A stretch of DNA of 64,000 nt from NCBI RefSeq assembly GCF_009914755.1, contig NC_060932.1. One strand, given 5' to 3'. The notes below the pieces were generated by a model that was given only the letters and a program-made list of their open reading frames with translations, was not told where the DNA came from and did not search any database. A program made the translations under genes and the position numbers. The stretch is from the human T2T-CHM13v2.0 reference genome, Homo sapiens. Each line of letters begins with the position of its first letter. The stretch's first letter is position 1. Positions 25,911-39,470 of the stretch are shown here, one piece after another.

Positions 25911-28900
25911 GTGAGAGATAGGGTTCCAGTTTCATTATTCTGCACATGAATGTCCAGTTTTTCCAGCACCATTTATTGAAGAGACTATCTTTTCCCCAGT
26001 GTATGTTCTTGGCACTTTCATTGAAAATGAGTTTCTTGTAGGTGTGTGTATTTGTTTCTGGGTTCTCTATTCTGTTCCATTGATTCCATCTGTCTGTTTT
26101 TATGCCAGTACCATGCTGTTTAGGTTACCATAGTTACTATAGTTCTGTAGTATAATTTGAAGTCAGGTAATGTGATTCCTCCAGTTTTGTTCCTTTTGCT
26201 GAGGATAGCTTTGGTTAGTATGAGTCTTTTGGGGTTCCATATAAATTTTAGTGTTTTGTTTTGTTTCTGTGAAAAATATCATTGATGTTTTGATAGAGAT
26301 TACATAGAATCCCTATCAAATTGTTTTGGATTGCTTTGGGTAGTATGGATGTTTTAACAATATTGATTCTTCCAATCCATGAGAATGAAATATTTTTCCA
26401 TTTTTGGGTGTCCTCTTCCATTTCTTTCATAAGTGTTTTATAGTTTTCATTATGGAGATCTTTCACTTCTTTGGTTAATTCCTAGGTATTTAATTTTATG
26501 TGTGTTATTCTAATGGGATTACTTTTTTGTTTCTTTCTCACATTGTTCATGGTTGTTTTATAGAAATGCTAATGATTTTTGTATGTTGATTTTGTATCTT
26601 GCAACTTTACTAAATTTGTTTATCAGTTCTAGCACTTTTCTTGTGGAGTCTTTAGGTTTTTCCAAATATAAGATCATATCATCTGCAAACAAGTATAATT
26701 TGACTTCTTCCTTTATAATTTGGATCCCCTTTATATCTTTCTCTTTTCTGATTGCTCTATCTAGGACTTCCAGTACTGTGCTGAATAACAGTGGTGATAG
26801 TGGGCATCCTATCCTTGTCATGTTCCAGATCTTAGAGGAAAGGCCTTCAATTTTCCCTCATTCAGTATGATACTAGCTGTGGTTCCGTTGTATATGGCTT
26901 TTATTATGTTGAGGTACATTCTTTCTATACCCCATTTTTTTATGATTTGTATCATGAAGGGATGTTGAATTTTTCAGCATCAATTGAAATGGTCACATGG
27001 TGTTTATCCTTCATTCTCTTGATACGATGTATCACGTTGGTTGATTTGCATATGTTGAATTATCCTTGCATCCCAGCAATAAATCCCACTTGGTCATGGT
27101 GAATGATCTTTCTAATGTATTGTTGAATTTGGTTTGCTAGTATTTGGTCGAGGATTTTTGCATCAATAGTCATCAGACATATTGGCCTGTAATTTTTTTT
27201 TTTTTTTGATGTGTCTTTGTCTGGGTTTGGTATCAGGGTAATACTCGCCTCATAGAAGAAGTTTGGAAGTATTCCCTTCTCCTCTATTTTTTTGAATAGT
27301 TTGAGCAGAATTGATACTAGTTCTTCTTTAAATGTTTCATAGAATTTGGCAGTGAAGCCATTAGGTTCCAGGTTTTTCTTTACTGGGAGACTTTTTATTA
27401 TGGCTTCAATCTCATTACTTGGTATTGGTCTCTTCAGATTTTGGATTTCTCCTGGTTCTATCTTGGTAGGCTGTATGTACCTAGGAATTTGTTCATTTCT
27501 TCTAGATTTTCCAATTTATTGTATATAGTTACTCATAGTAGCCACTAATTATCCTTTGAATTTCTGAAGTATCAGTTGTAATGTCTCCTTTTTCATTTTT
27601 TATTTTGTTTATTTGGAGATTCTCTTTTTTTTCTTAGTCTGGCTAAAGGTTTGTCAATTTTGTTTAACTTTTCAAAAAGCCAACTTTTTGTTTCATTATC
27701 TTTTGAGTTGTTTTTTACATTCGATTTCATTTGTTTATGTTCTGATCTTTATTATTTATTTTCTTCTACTAGTTTTGTGTTTGATTTGCTTTTATTTTTC
27801 TAGTTCTTTAAGGAGCATTGTTGCATTTTTTATTTGAAGTTTTTTTTTCCTTTTTTTGATGTAGGCACCTATAGCTATAAATTTTCCTCTGAGTACTGCT
27901 TTTGCTGTATCCCATAGATTTTGGTATGTTGTATTTCCTTTATCATTTGTTTCAATAATTTTTTCCATTTCTTTTTAACTTTTTCATTGACCCACTGGTC
28001 ATTCAGAAACATATTGTCTAATTTCCATTAAAGTTTGTATAGTTTCCAAAGTTCCTCTTGTTATTAATTTCTAGTTTATTCAGTTGTGGTCAGAAAAGAT
28101 GCTTGATATTATTTCATTTTTTTGAAAGCTTTAAGACTTGTTTTGTCACCTAACATATGGTGTATTCTTAAGAATAATCCCTGTGCTGAGGAAGAGAAAG
28201 TGTATTCTGAGGCCCTTGGATGAAATGATCTGTAAATATTGATTAGATCCATTTGGTCTTTAGTGCAGATTAAGTCTGATGTTTATTTGTTGATTTTCTA
28301 TCTGGAAGATCTTTCCAGTGATGAAAGTAGGGTGCTGAAATCTCAGCTATTATTGTAATGGGGCCTGTCTCTCTCTTTAGCTCTCATAATATTTCCTCTA
28401 TTTATCTGGGTGCTCCATTGTTGGGTGCATATATATTTATAATTGTTATATCCTCTTGCTGAATTGATATCTTTGTCATTATATAGTGACTTTCTTTGTC
28501 TCTTCTTATAGTTTTTTTCTTGAAATTTATTTTGTCTGATACAAGTATAATGACTCCTTCTCTTTTTTGGTTTTCATTGTCATGGAATATCTTTTTCCAT
28601 CCCTTTATTTTCAGTCTATGAGTGTTCTAATAGGTAAACTATGTTTCTTCTAGGCAACAGAAAAGCAGGTCAATAGGTGTTTTTTATCCATTCAGCCAGT
28701 CTATGTCTATTGATTACACAGTTTAGTCTATGTCAATGTTACATTTACAGTCAATGTTATTATTGATAAGTAAAGACTTACTGGTGACATTTTGTTATTT
28801 GTTTTCTGGTTGTATTGTGACCCTCTCTTCTGTGTGACTCTCTTTCCTATTTTCCTCTAGTAATGGTGACTTTCTCTAGTGACATGGTTTAGGTACTTTC

Positions 28901-29120
28901 TTTTTAATTTTTGTATATCCATTGTATGTTTTTGGTTTTAGGTTTCCATGAAACTTGCAAATACTATCTTATAACCCATTATTTAAATCTGATAACAACT
29001 TAACACAATTTGCTTAAACAAATAAGCAAAAAGAAAACTAATAAAAACTCTATGCCTTAACTTCATTCCTCCACTTTTTAACTTTTTTTGTTTCTATTTG
29101 TATCTTATTGTATTGAATAT

Positions 29121-29483
29121 CATATTAGTCAGTTCTCATGCTGCTGATAAAGACATACCTGAGACTTGGTAATTTATAAAGAAAAAGAGGTTTAATGGAT
29201 TCACAGTTCCATGTGGCTGGGGAGGCCTCACAATCATGGCAGAAGGTGAAAGGCACATCTTACGACAGCAGACAAGAGAGGAAATGAGAGCCAAGCAAAA
29301 TGGGCTCCCCTCTTAGAAAATCATCAGACCTTATGAGACTTATTTACTACCACAAGAACATTATGGAGGAAACAGCCACCATGATTCAGTTATCTTTCAC
29401 CAGGTCCCTCCTACAACATGTGGTGATTATGGGAGCTACAATTCAAGATGAGATTTAGGTGGGGACACAGCCAAATCATATCA
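29121..29483 (-). mobile_element. THE1 (C/D-like) solo LTR
   Basis: attagtcagttctcatgctgctgataaagacatacc...ggggacacagccaaatcatatca; TSD aatat/agtat. Confidence 0.88.
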
Positions 29484-32400
29484 AGTATGTCCTGAAAGGT
29501 GGTTGTCGTTATTATTTTTGATTGGTTCATTGTTTGGTCTTTCTACTTAGGATAGGAGTAGTTTACACACCATAGTTACAGTGTTAAAATATTGTGTTTT
29601 TCTGTGTACTTACTATTACCGGTGAGTTTTGTAGATTCATGTGATTAGTTATTGCTCATTAATATTCTTTTCTTTTTGATTGAAGTACTTCCTTTAGCAT
29701 TTCTTGTAAGACAGGTGTGGTATTGATGAAATCCCTCAGCTTTTGTTTATCTTGGAAAGCCTGTATTTGTTTTTTATGTTTGAAGAATATTTTAACTAGA
29801 TACACTGTTCTAGGGTAAAAGTAATTTTCCTTCAGCACTTTAAATATGTCATACCACTCTCTCCTGGCCTATAAGGTTGAAAAGTCTGCTGCCAGATGCA
29901 TTGGAATTCCATTTTATGTTATTTGTTTCTTTTCTCTTATTGAGAAAAGGATCCTGTCTTTATCCTTAGCTGTTAGGAGTTTGATTATTAAATGTAGGAG
30001 GTAGTCTCCTTTCAGTTAAATCTGCTTGGTGTTCTATAACCTTCTTGTACTTGGATATTAATATTGTTTTGTAGTTTTGGTTTGCTCCCTGTTACTATCC
30101 CTTTGATTAAACTCTTTATCCCTATCTTTTTCTCTACCCTCTCTTTAAGGCCAATAACTCTTACATCTGCCCTTTTGAGGCTGTTTTCTAGATCCTGTAG
30201 ACATCCCTCATTTTTTAAAAAAATTTTGTCTCCTCTGACTGTGTATTTTCAAATAACCTGTCTTCAAGCTCACTAATTCTTTCTTCTGCTTCATTAATTC
30301 TGCTATTAAAGGACTTTGAGGCATTCTTCAGTATGCCAGTTGCATTTTTAAGTTCCAGAATTTCTGCTCAATTCTTTTTAATTATTTCAATCTCTTTGAG
30401 AAATTTATCTGATAGAAGTCTCAATTCCTTCTCTGTGTTATCTTGAATTTATTTGTTTCCTCAATACGGCTATTCTGAATTCCCTCTCTGTAAGCTCACA
30501 TGTCTCTTTTTCTCCTGGATTGGTCCCTGGTAGCTTATTTAGCTCATTTGTTGAGGTCATGTTTTCCTGGATGGTGTTGGTGCTGGTAGATGTTTTTCAG
30601 TGTCTGGCATTGAAGGGTTAGGTATTTATTGTAGTCTTTACTGTGTGGGCTTATTTGTAGCTGTCCCTCTTAGGAAGGCTTTCCAGGTATTTGAAAAGAC
30701 TTGGGTTTTCTGATCTAAGCTGTTTCTGCTTTAGGGACACTAGAAGCCCAGTAATACTGGTTTTTGCAGACTCATAGAGGTACTACCTTGATGGTTTTGG
30801 ACAAGATATGAGAGAATTCTCTGGATTACCAGATACAGACTCTTGTTCTCTTCCCTTACTTTCTCCAAAACATATAGAGTCTCTCTTTTCTAAGACACCT
30901 AAAGCTGGGGATGGTGTGACACAAGCACCCCTGTGGCCACCACAACTATGACTGTGCTGGGCCAAACCTGAAGGCAGCAGAGTGCTGGGTCTTACCCAAA
31001 GCATGCTGTAATCACTCCCTGGCTACTGCCTATGTTTGCTCAAAGCCTGGGGCTCTACAATCAACAGGTGGTAAAGCCATCCAGGCCTGTGTCCTTCCCT
31101 TCAGGGTGACAAGGTCCCCTAAACCCCAGTTGGGTCCAGAAGTGCCATCCAGGTGTCAGAGACTAGAATCAGAAACCTTAGAAGCCTACCTTGTGTTCTA
31201 TTGGATTGTGGCTGAGCTGGCCCTCAAACCTTCCTCTTTCCAAAAGCAGAGGAGCCTCACCCCATAGCCATTGCTATACCAGGTCATGAGGAGTACTGCG
31301 AGGCTACCGACAATGTTCCCTCAAGTTCTCTTAAGTCATCTTGTGGTGGATACTGCTGGCCTGGGACTCACCCTTCAGAACAGTGGGCTCTCTTCTGGCT
31401 CAGGACAGGTTCAGAAATGCTATCCAAGAGTCAAGTCCTGGAATCGGGGACCCTAAGAACCCACTTGGTGCTCTACTCACTGTGGCCATACTGGTACCTA
31501 GGGTGCAAGACAAAGTCCTTTTTATTTTTCCTGCTGTTTTTCTCAAGCAGACGAATTTTTCTCCCATAGCCACCACCGCTGGTTATGTATTGAGTCTGTC
31601 CTGAAGCCAGCAAGTCTCAGAGGCTCAACCAAGGCCCTCAATGTATTACCTGGGTGTTGCTGCTGGTTATTCAGGGCCCAAAGGCTCTTTAGTTAGCAGG
31701 TGATGAATGCTGCCGAGACTGTGTTCTTTCCTTCAAAGAAGCAGCTTTCCTTCTGGCCCAGAGTATGTTTAGAAGTGTTGTCTGGAAGCTAGGACTTGTA
31801 TGGAACAGTGGCATCACAACTCTGACTGGTGCCGTGTCCTGCTGTGACTGAGTTGGCACCTTAAATGTAAGACAAAGTCTGCCCCACTTTTTCATCCCCT
31901 TTCCTCAAGTGGAAAGAAGGGGTCTCTTTGGGAGCCACGAGCTGTGCAGCTTCGGGTTAAGGGAGGGGTGATGCTAGCACTCCCTTGGCTGCCCCAGCTG
32001 TTGTCTCAGTATGTCATGTGCCCCCACCATCACCCAGCCCACTGTCTCTGGGCCTTATTCAGCACTAGGACTCACCTATGAGTTGTGGTCCTTACCACCT
32101 AGACTGCCTTTCAAGTTTACTTGGATTAGCCCTCTGTGGTGAGGTTTGCAGACACTCAAGTTCCCACCTCTAGGATCAGGGACTCCCCCCTCTGGCTAGG
32201 GCTGGTTTAAATGCTGCCTCCATGGGCAGGCATCAGTTAAGTTTGGTCCAATTTTCCTTTATGCTGTAACAGGACAATACTGTGTCCAATACCTTAGAAT
32301 TCCTGTGTTCTCCCTCCTTTAGTGCCCAGACATGCTGCACACCAGGCTACCACTGCTAGGGGTAGAAGAGGGATGGTGTCCATGATTCAGGACTGTTTAT

Positions 32401-33148
32401 TATTATTATTATTTTTTAATCTCTTCCGTGCCTTTTTCAGAGATATGTAGTGAAAAACAGGTGCTATGAGTGTTTACCTGATCTTTGGTTCTTAAAAAGG
32501 TCTTTGTTTGTTTGTTTTTGTTTTTGTTTTTTTTCCTGTGTAGTTAGTTGTTAGCTCTGTGTCCTTATGCGGGTAGTAGTGGGGATCCTTAGTGGAACTT
32601 TCTATTCTGCCATCTTGTTTCATCCTTCCTCCCCTAGGTATTTTATTCTTTTTGCAGCAATCGTGCATGGGAATGTGTTCCTGATTTGGCTCTCAGCTTG
32701 ATGGTCATTGGTGTATAGAAATGCTAGTGATTTTTGTATGTTGCTTTTGTATCCTGAGACTTTTGTGAAGTTGTTTATCAGCTTAACGAAGTTTTGGGCC
32801 TAGACTATGGGGTCTTCTAAATATAGCCCTGTTCTAATATAGATGCTCCTGCACCAAACCCTTTGGGTTCCACATCTTCTGTCATGCTACCTCTACCACT
32901 TCTGTAAGCATCTCTCCCTGACAACTCAAGTGTCCGTGGTGGCCAAGGGCCCTCCTGCCAGGATTCCATAGGAAGAGCAGGTTCCTTCTTGCCAATTTAA
33001 CTCATCCATTTCCCCGGAATCAAGGGCCAGTCTCTGTGCATGGAAGTTCTGTGCAGGGTTCCCAGCTTCCTCCCCTTTCAGCCCAGCTTCTGTGGCTTCC
33101 CTCCATTTGTCAGAGGCATTTGAACCACAGTGACTCCATCTTGAATAA

Positions 33149-33507
<359 letters not shown>

Positions 33508-33629
33508 CTCCTGAGGTCAGGCATTCTAAGTCTCAGGATGAGCTAGGAAGTTGACATAAGGTATAGGTCACAAAGACCTTGCTGATAAAAGGATGCAGTA
33601 AACAAGCTGGCTAAAACCCACCAAAACCA

Positions 33630-33930
33630 GGCTGGGCACGGTGGCTCACGCCTGTAATCCCAGGACTTTGGGAGGCTGAGGTGGGTGGATCACGAGGTCA
33701 GGAGATCGAGACCATCCTGGCTAACATGGTGAAACCCTGTCTCTACTAAAAATACAAAAAATTAGCCAGGTGCAGTGGCTGGCATCTGTAGTCCCAGCTA
33801 CTCAGGAGGCTGAGCCATGAGAATGGTGTGAACCTGGTAGGCAGAGCTTGCAGTGAGCCGAGATCGTGCCACGGCACTCTAGCCTGGGCGACAGAGCAAA
33901 ACTCTGTCTCAAAAAAAAAAAAAAAAAAAA
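33630..33930 (+). mobile_element. AluY/Sc-type SINE
   Basis: gatcacgaggtcaggagatcgagaccatcctggctaac; TSD caccaaaacca. Confidence 0.93.
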
Positions 33931-34112
33931 CACGCACCAAAACCAAGATGTCTATGAAAGTGACCTCTGGTCATCTGCATTACTTATTATATGCTAATTA
34001 TAATGCATTAGCATGCTAAAAGACATTCCCACTGGCACCATGACAGTTTACAAATGCCATGGCAATGTCAGGAAGTTATCCTACATGGTCTAAAAAGGGG
34101 AGGAGCTCTCAG

Positions 34113-34121
34113 TTCCTGGAA
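34113..34121 (+). promoter_or_regulatory. GAS (STAT) motif TTCCTGGAA in MER41B
   Basis: Matches TTCNNNGAA at the position of the MER41B tandem GAS; activity unknown. Confidence 0.45.
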
Positions 34122-35542
34122 TTGCCTACCTCTTGCCTGGAAAATTCATGAATTTTTCACCCCTTGTTTAGCATATAATTGAAAAATAATTTTAAGTAAT
34201 CTTAGTTGAGCAGCCCACACTGTTGCTGTGCCTATGGAGTAGCCACTCTTTTATTCCTTGACTTTCTTAAAAACTCGCCTTCACTTTACTCTATGGATTC
34301 ACCTCAAATTCTTTCCTGCCTGAGATCAAAGAACTCTCTTGGGGTCCACATTATGACCCTTTCTGGTCACGCCTCCATTCTCAGTTTCTTCCCTCTGAAG
34401 ATCTCTTAGGAGTACACCAGTCATCCCAGTTCCTTGATGGCAGAAGTTCCACCTGGCTGCATCTAGTTGGCCATCTTCTACAGGTTTTAGGTGGAAAATT
34501 TAATCCATTTGTATTCAAGGTTATTATTGATAAGTGATGACTTCTGTCATTTCGTTTATGTTTTCTGGTTGTTTTGTTTATCCTTTGTTCTTTTCTTTCT
34601 GTTTATCATTGTGCTTTGGTGTTGTGTGTGTGTGTGTGTGTGTGTTTGTAGTGGTAACATTTGAGATCTTTCTCTTCCTCATTTTTGTGCAAAACACTAC
34701 TGCACACACTCATTTTTGTGTTTGCTCTACCAGGGAGTTTTATACTTTCATGTATTTTCATAATGGTAGATATTATCCTTTTACTTCAAGGTTTAGGACT
34801 TCCCTAAGGATTTCTTGTATGGCTTGTTCAGTGGTGATGAATTCTTTGAATTTTTGCTCACCTGGAAAAGACTTTATTTCTCCTTCATCTATGGAGGTTG
34901 ACTTTGCTGGGTATGATATTCTTGACTGACATTTTCTTTTTCTTTCAGCACTTTGAATATGTCATCCCATTCTCTCCTGGCCTGTAAAATTTCTGTTGAG
35001 AAATCTGCTATTATCTGACGGAGATTCCTTCTGTTACTCATTTTAGAATTATATCTTTGTATTTGACTTTTGACAATTTGACTCTAAGGTGCTTTGGAGA
35101 AGACCCTTTGGGATCTTGGAGCTTCTTCTATTTGGATAGGTAAACCTCTTGGTGTATTTGGGAGGTTTTCAGCTATTATTTCATTACATAGCTTTTTTAT
35201 GCCTTTGGCCTTATCTCTATCTGAAATACCAAAAATTTGAATATTTGGTCTCCTTATGGTGTCCTTTATGTTACATAGACTTTGTTCATTTTTATTTATT
35301 TATTTTTGTCTAACTGCGTTATTTCAAAAGACCCATCTTTAAGTTTTGTAACTTGATCTAGTCTATTGTTAATCTAGTCTAATGTTAATTCTTTTGCTTG
35401 ATCTAATCTAATTTTGAAACTCTCAATTATATTTTTATTTCATTAAAAAATTCTTTAGTTCTAGGATTTATGTTTGGTTATTTTTTATGATGTTTATCTC
35501 TGGTGAATTTTTCATTCATATCCTAAATTGTTTTTCTGATTT

Positions 35543-35902
35543 TGATATGGTTTGGCTGTGTCCCCACCCAAATCTCAACTTGAGTTTTATCTCCCAGGAT
35601 TCCCATGTTTTGTTGGAGGGACCCAGTGGGAGGTAATGGAATCATGGGGGCTAGTCTTTCCTGTGTTATTTTTGTGATAGTGAATAAGTCTCATGAGATT
35701 TGATGGGTTTATCTGGGGTTTCCGCTTTCACTTCTTTCTCATTTTCTCTTGCTGCTGCCATGTATGAAGTGTCTTTCGCCTCCCACCGTGATTCTGAGGC
35801 CACCCCAGCCAAATGGAACTGAAGTTCAATTAAAACTCTTTTTCTTCTCAGTCTCAGGTATGTTTTTATCAGCAGTGTGAAGTGTGAATACAGACTAATA
35901 CA
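35543..35902 (+). mobile_element. THE1A-type solo LTR
   Basis: tgatatggtttggctgtgtccccacc...gactaataca; perfect 5-bp TSD gattt. Confidence 0.92.
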
Positions 35903-38900
35903 GATTTCTTCATATTATTTTTCTGTGTCCTCTTATAGCTCACTGAGCTTCCTTAATATCATTATTTTGATTTCTTTTCCAAGATTTAAAAATTTCTATT
36001 TTTTATCAAATCTGTTGCTGGTGTTCCTTTGGAGGTGTCATATTTTTTTTCTTTTTCAGGTTTTTTTGTGTCCTTACATTGATATCTGCACATCTGGTGT
36101 ATGTATTACTTCTTTCAATTACTTGTATTGGCTTTTGTAGGGAAGACTTTTTTTCTAAAGATGTTTTCCATGGTACTGGTTGGGTAGAGCACTTTAGCTT
36201 TCATTCTGAGTGTGTACAGTAGTGTTGTCTCCATATAATTTTTTTTCTTGGCTATAAATAGCATCAGTGGTGTCAGCAATTTCCTCAGTGACTTAGCCTA
36301 TAGTTGTTCATAGAGGCCATGGTCAGACTTTGCTGGGGTTGGAGACACCAGTTGGGCCAATTTTCAGGTCCTATGTGGGCTAGCATGCCTATCCTTGGGC
36401 CCCTGGATGGTGTATGTGGGTCTTGGTTTAGCATGTCTAGGCAGGTCAGTTCTTGGGCCTACAGGCAGCTTGGTCAGGTGCCAGTAGTGGCAGCACTGGG
36501 CTGGATGGGTAGACAGGTTGTATGGCTTAGGTGATGGCAGTAGTATAACCAGTCAACCCTCAGGCTCACAGGTGGCATGTGCTGGTGTTAGCAGTTGCTG
36601 CATTGGGCCGAGTGGGCCAGTCCCCAGGTGGCACATTTTGGAGGTGTCAGTGCTGATGGTGACAGGCATGGCTGGCTGTGGGAGGAGTGCACAGATGTCA
36701 GTGATGATGAATGGGTTAACATGATTCCCTGACTTGTGGAAAGCATGTTTGGGTGATAGCGGCAGGTTTTCTGGTCCTGTTGTTAGGACCCTTGGGGTGT
36801 GTACATGTGCCTGGGGTGACCAGTGGGTGATCCCTTGGCCCCTGGTTGGTGTCCTTGGACACGGGAATGGAAGGTGGCAGATGGGGTGGGCTGGTCTTCA
36901 AGCTCCCCTGATAAAACACACAGGTGCAAGCTATGATGCACAGGGCAGGGTTATCCCCAGGCTTCCAGCTGTTTGTGTTTGGGGGCCAGCAGCAGCTGAC
37001 ATTCTGAGCCTGTTGTGAGGCTCCTTTATGGTGTATATGTGCTCCCAGAGTGACTGATGGGAAAGGGCAATCCTCAGGCCCCCAGGTGACTTTCTTGGTG
37101 ACTGAGCAAGGGTGGTGCAAGGCCGTGAGAGCTTGTCCTTTTGCCACCTGATGGCATATATAAGCATATACTGTGGTGGGCAGGGTGGGGCAACCCTCAG
37201 GCTCCAGGGTTATTGTATTTGGGTAGTAGTAGCAGCCTCATTGATGGTCAGGGGGAGCCTGTCCTCAGGGTGTATGCAAGTGCTTGTTGCCTGTGGTGCA
37301 GGGAAGGTGGGGCTGCTGTCAGTGGCAGTAGTCCCAGGCAGGTGGCTATCAGGCTTTGGGAGAACTTGCTTCAGCTCCCTTTGTTTTGGTGGCAGCCTTC
37401 TTGTGCTGTATACTTGTTCCCTAGGGTGTATAATAATATGTGCACTAGAGTGCTAGGTACCCTACCACATTGCTGGGACCTTGCCACACTGCTGCAGCCT
37501 TCCAGTAGGATATGGGGGAATGTCAGTGAGGCTCCAGGGATGTAGATATGTAGGGAATGTTGGACCCCAGGGCAACATGCAATCTGGTAGGAGTTGGGCT
37601 CTCAAAATGGTGCTGCTGTGTAACAGCTGCTTGGGTCTTGGGGTAGGGAGTGTAGGACCCAGCATGAGCTCCCTCTTTGGAGCAGTGCTGTCTGAGACTC
37701 CAGGCAGCTCCGTGTATTAGTCTCAGGACCTGCAAAGGCCTAGGGGCTCTTTTTGGGTAGGACTGCAGGAGTCTCCATGGTGGGAATGTGAACCACTGGA
37801 AATCTCTCATTTACCATTTCCCTGTACTGGAGATGCTTTCTGGGCTCCCAGATGATACTAGCTGGGCTGGTTGCCTCACTTCCTTCTCCCTCTGTGCATA
37901 AGGCATTTTCTGTCACTTCTCTGCTGAACTCTAGTGTTCTTTCTTAGAGGCTGTACTCAAAGTTTCATTATCCATTCAGTATTTTTATTCTTCTTTGTGG
38001 AGGTGGCAAGTGCTAGGTGCCTCTAGTCAATCATCTTGAAGCCCCCTGTTATGTTAAAGTCTTTAATGGAAAAAGAAGACAACATGCATGACCAGGCAGA
38101 TACTTTGAGCAGAGTCATAGGAACTGCAAAAAAAAAAAAAAAAAAAAAAATCATTGGAAAGAATAATTCGGTAACAGATGAAAAATACCTTCAATAGTTT
38201 CATCAGTAGATTTGAATTTGACATAGTTGAATAAAGAGGCTGTGAGATTGAAGACAGGGTTAAATCAATAGAAATTACCCAAAGCAAAACAAAGAAAAAA
38301 TAAAGGGTGATAAAAAACAGATTAGAGTATCCAAGAGCTGTAAGAAAAAATCACATTATCTAACCTATGCAAAAATGGATTTTCTAAAGAACAAAGGGAG
38401 AAGAAGGTAGAAAAACCTTGAAGGCAGCCAGAAAAAAAAAAGACACATTACATAAATGTAAGAAGGATAAGAGTTGTAGTAGACTTCTCATGAGAAACCA
38501 TTTAAACAAATGGACAATGGCAAGGTGTCTTGTAGTGCTGAAAGGAAAAAAAACTAACTTACACCTGGGAAAAATATCCTTTAAAAGTTAAGCAGAAGTA
38601 AAGATCTTCTCAAACAAACAAAAATTGAGGTAACATTGCCACAGACCTACTCTACAAGAAATGCTAAAGAATGTCTTTAGGTAGCAGAAATAAGATGTAG
38701 TCAGAAACATGAATTTATACAAAGAATTAAGAACAAAAGTGAAATTGAATATTTTTTAATTGCTCTAAAAGTTAATGGACTATTTAAAACAAAAATTATA
38801 AAAATATGTTTATACCATTAATAGAAGTAAAATATATAAAACCATGGAATAACACACAGACTAGGAGGACTTGGGAATATGCTGTTACATTGCATATTAA

Positions 38901-38977
38901 GTGGTATTATATTATTTGAAGTTAGATTTATTAACAATTACAGAGCTAATTTTTTTTTTAAAAAAACAGGTATAAAT

Positions 38978-39470
38978 CCTCTTTGAGGAAAACACTGTCA
39001 CCACTGTGGTCTGCCTTTCCTGTTCCTGAGTCACCACTGCTCTCATGCTCAGGAAGGGAACAAGTAGGTCAAGAAGTTATGCTTAAAAGCCAGGGCTTTT
39101 AAGGATGCCAGAAAGATGTCAGTGGAATCCATAGTTGGTGTTTCACCAAATTAGAATCACCCTACCCAGCTGCAATGTAAAATCCCTGGAGAAGGTGTTT
39201 GCTGACTTGATCAGAGGCTCTAAAGACAAAAAATCTCAAGTTAAGCTTAATTAGTCTTTGAGACTCACTACAAGAAAAACTTTTAGTGATGAAGGTTCTG
39301 AGACTTGGGATTGTCTCTAGATGAGACTCTACCAGATTCATTGACTTGCACAGTTCTTCTGAGATTACTCTGATGTTTTCCATCAGTATTGAGCCAAGAG
39401 TAGAGGCTGTAGTCACCGTTGCAGATGCTTGAATGAATTATTTCAGTAAATTGATTATCAGTTGTTAAAA
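38978..39470 (+). pseudogene. RPS20: Processed pseudogene of 40S ribosomal protein S20 (uS10)
   Basis: Intronless; peptides [25 protein letters not shown] and SISIEPRVEAVVTVADA* match RPS20; ATG mutated to AGG (39092); frameshifts and a deletion; 5'UTR starts cctctttgagga; decayed polyA signal agtaaa. Confidence 0.93.

Larger units (their letters stand above)
24266..32634 (-). mobile_element. Full-length L1MA1-3-like element
   Basis: 3' end gtgggtacatagtag...aagcacatcatggagaatggggtatccatc; RT motif [11 protein letters not shown] (26558-26821); long 5'UTR; 19-bp TSD taggtat(c/t)ttattcttttt at 24247-24265 and 32635-32653. Confidence 0.9.

Noticed and set aside
32810-32850. Spliced integrated L1 (SpIRE)
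   Set aside because: The junction does not fall at an AG acceptor and carries a duplicated segment
36304-37810. Dense cluster of overlapping ORFs on both strands
   Set aside because: GC-rich L1 5'UTR with few stop codons; no recognisable protein
39162-39416. 84-aa minus-strand ORF
   Set aside because: Antisense shadow of the RPS20 pseudogene
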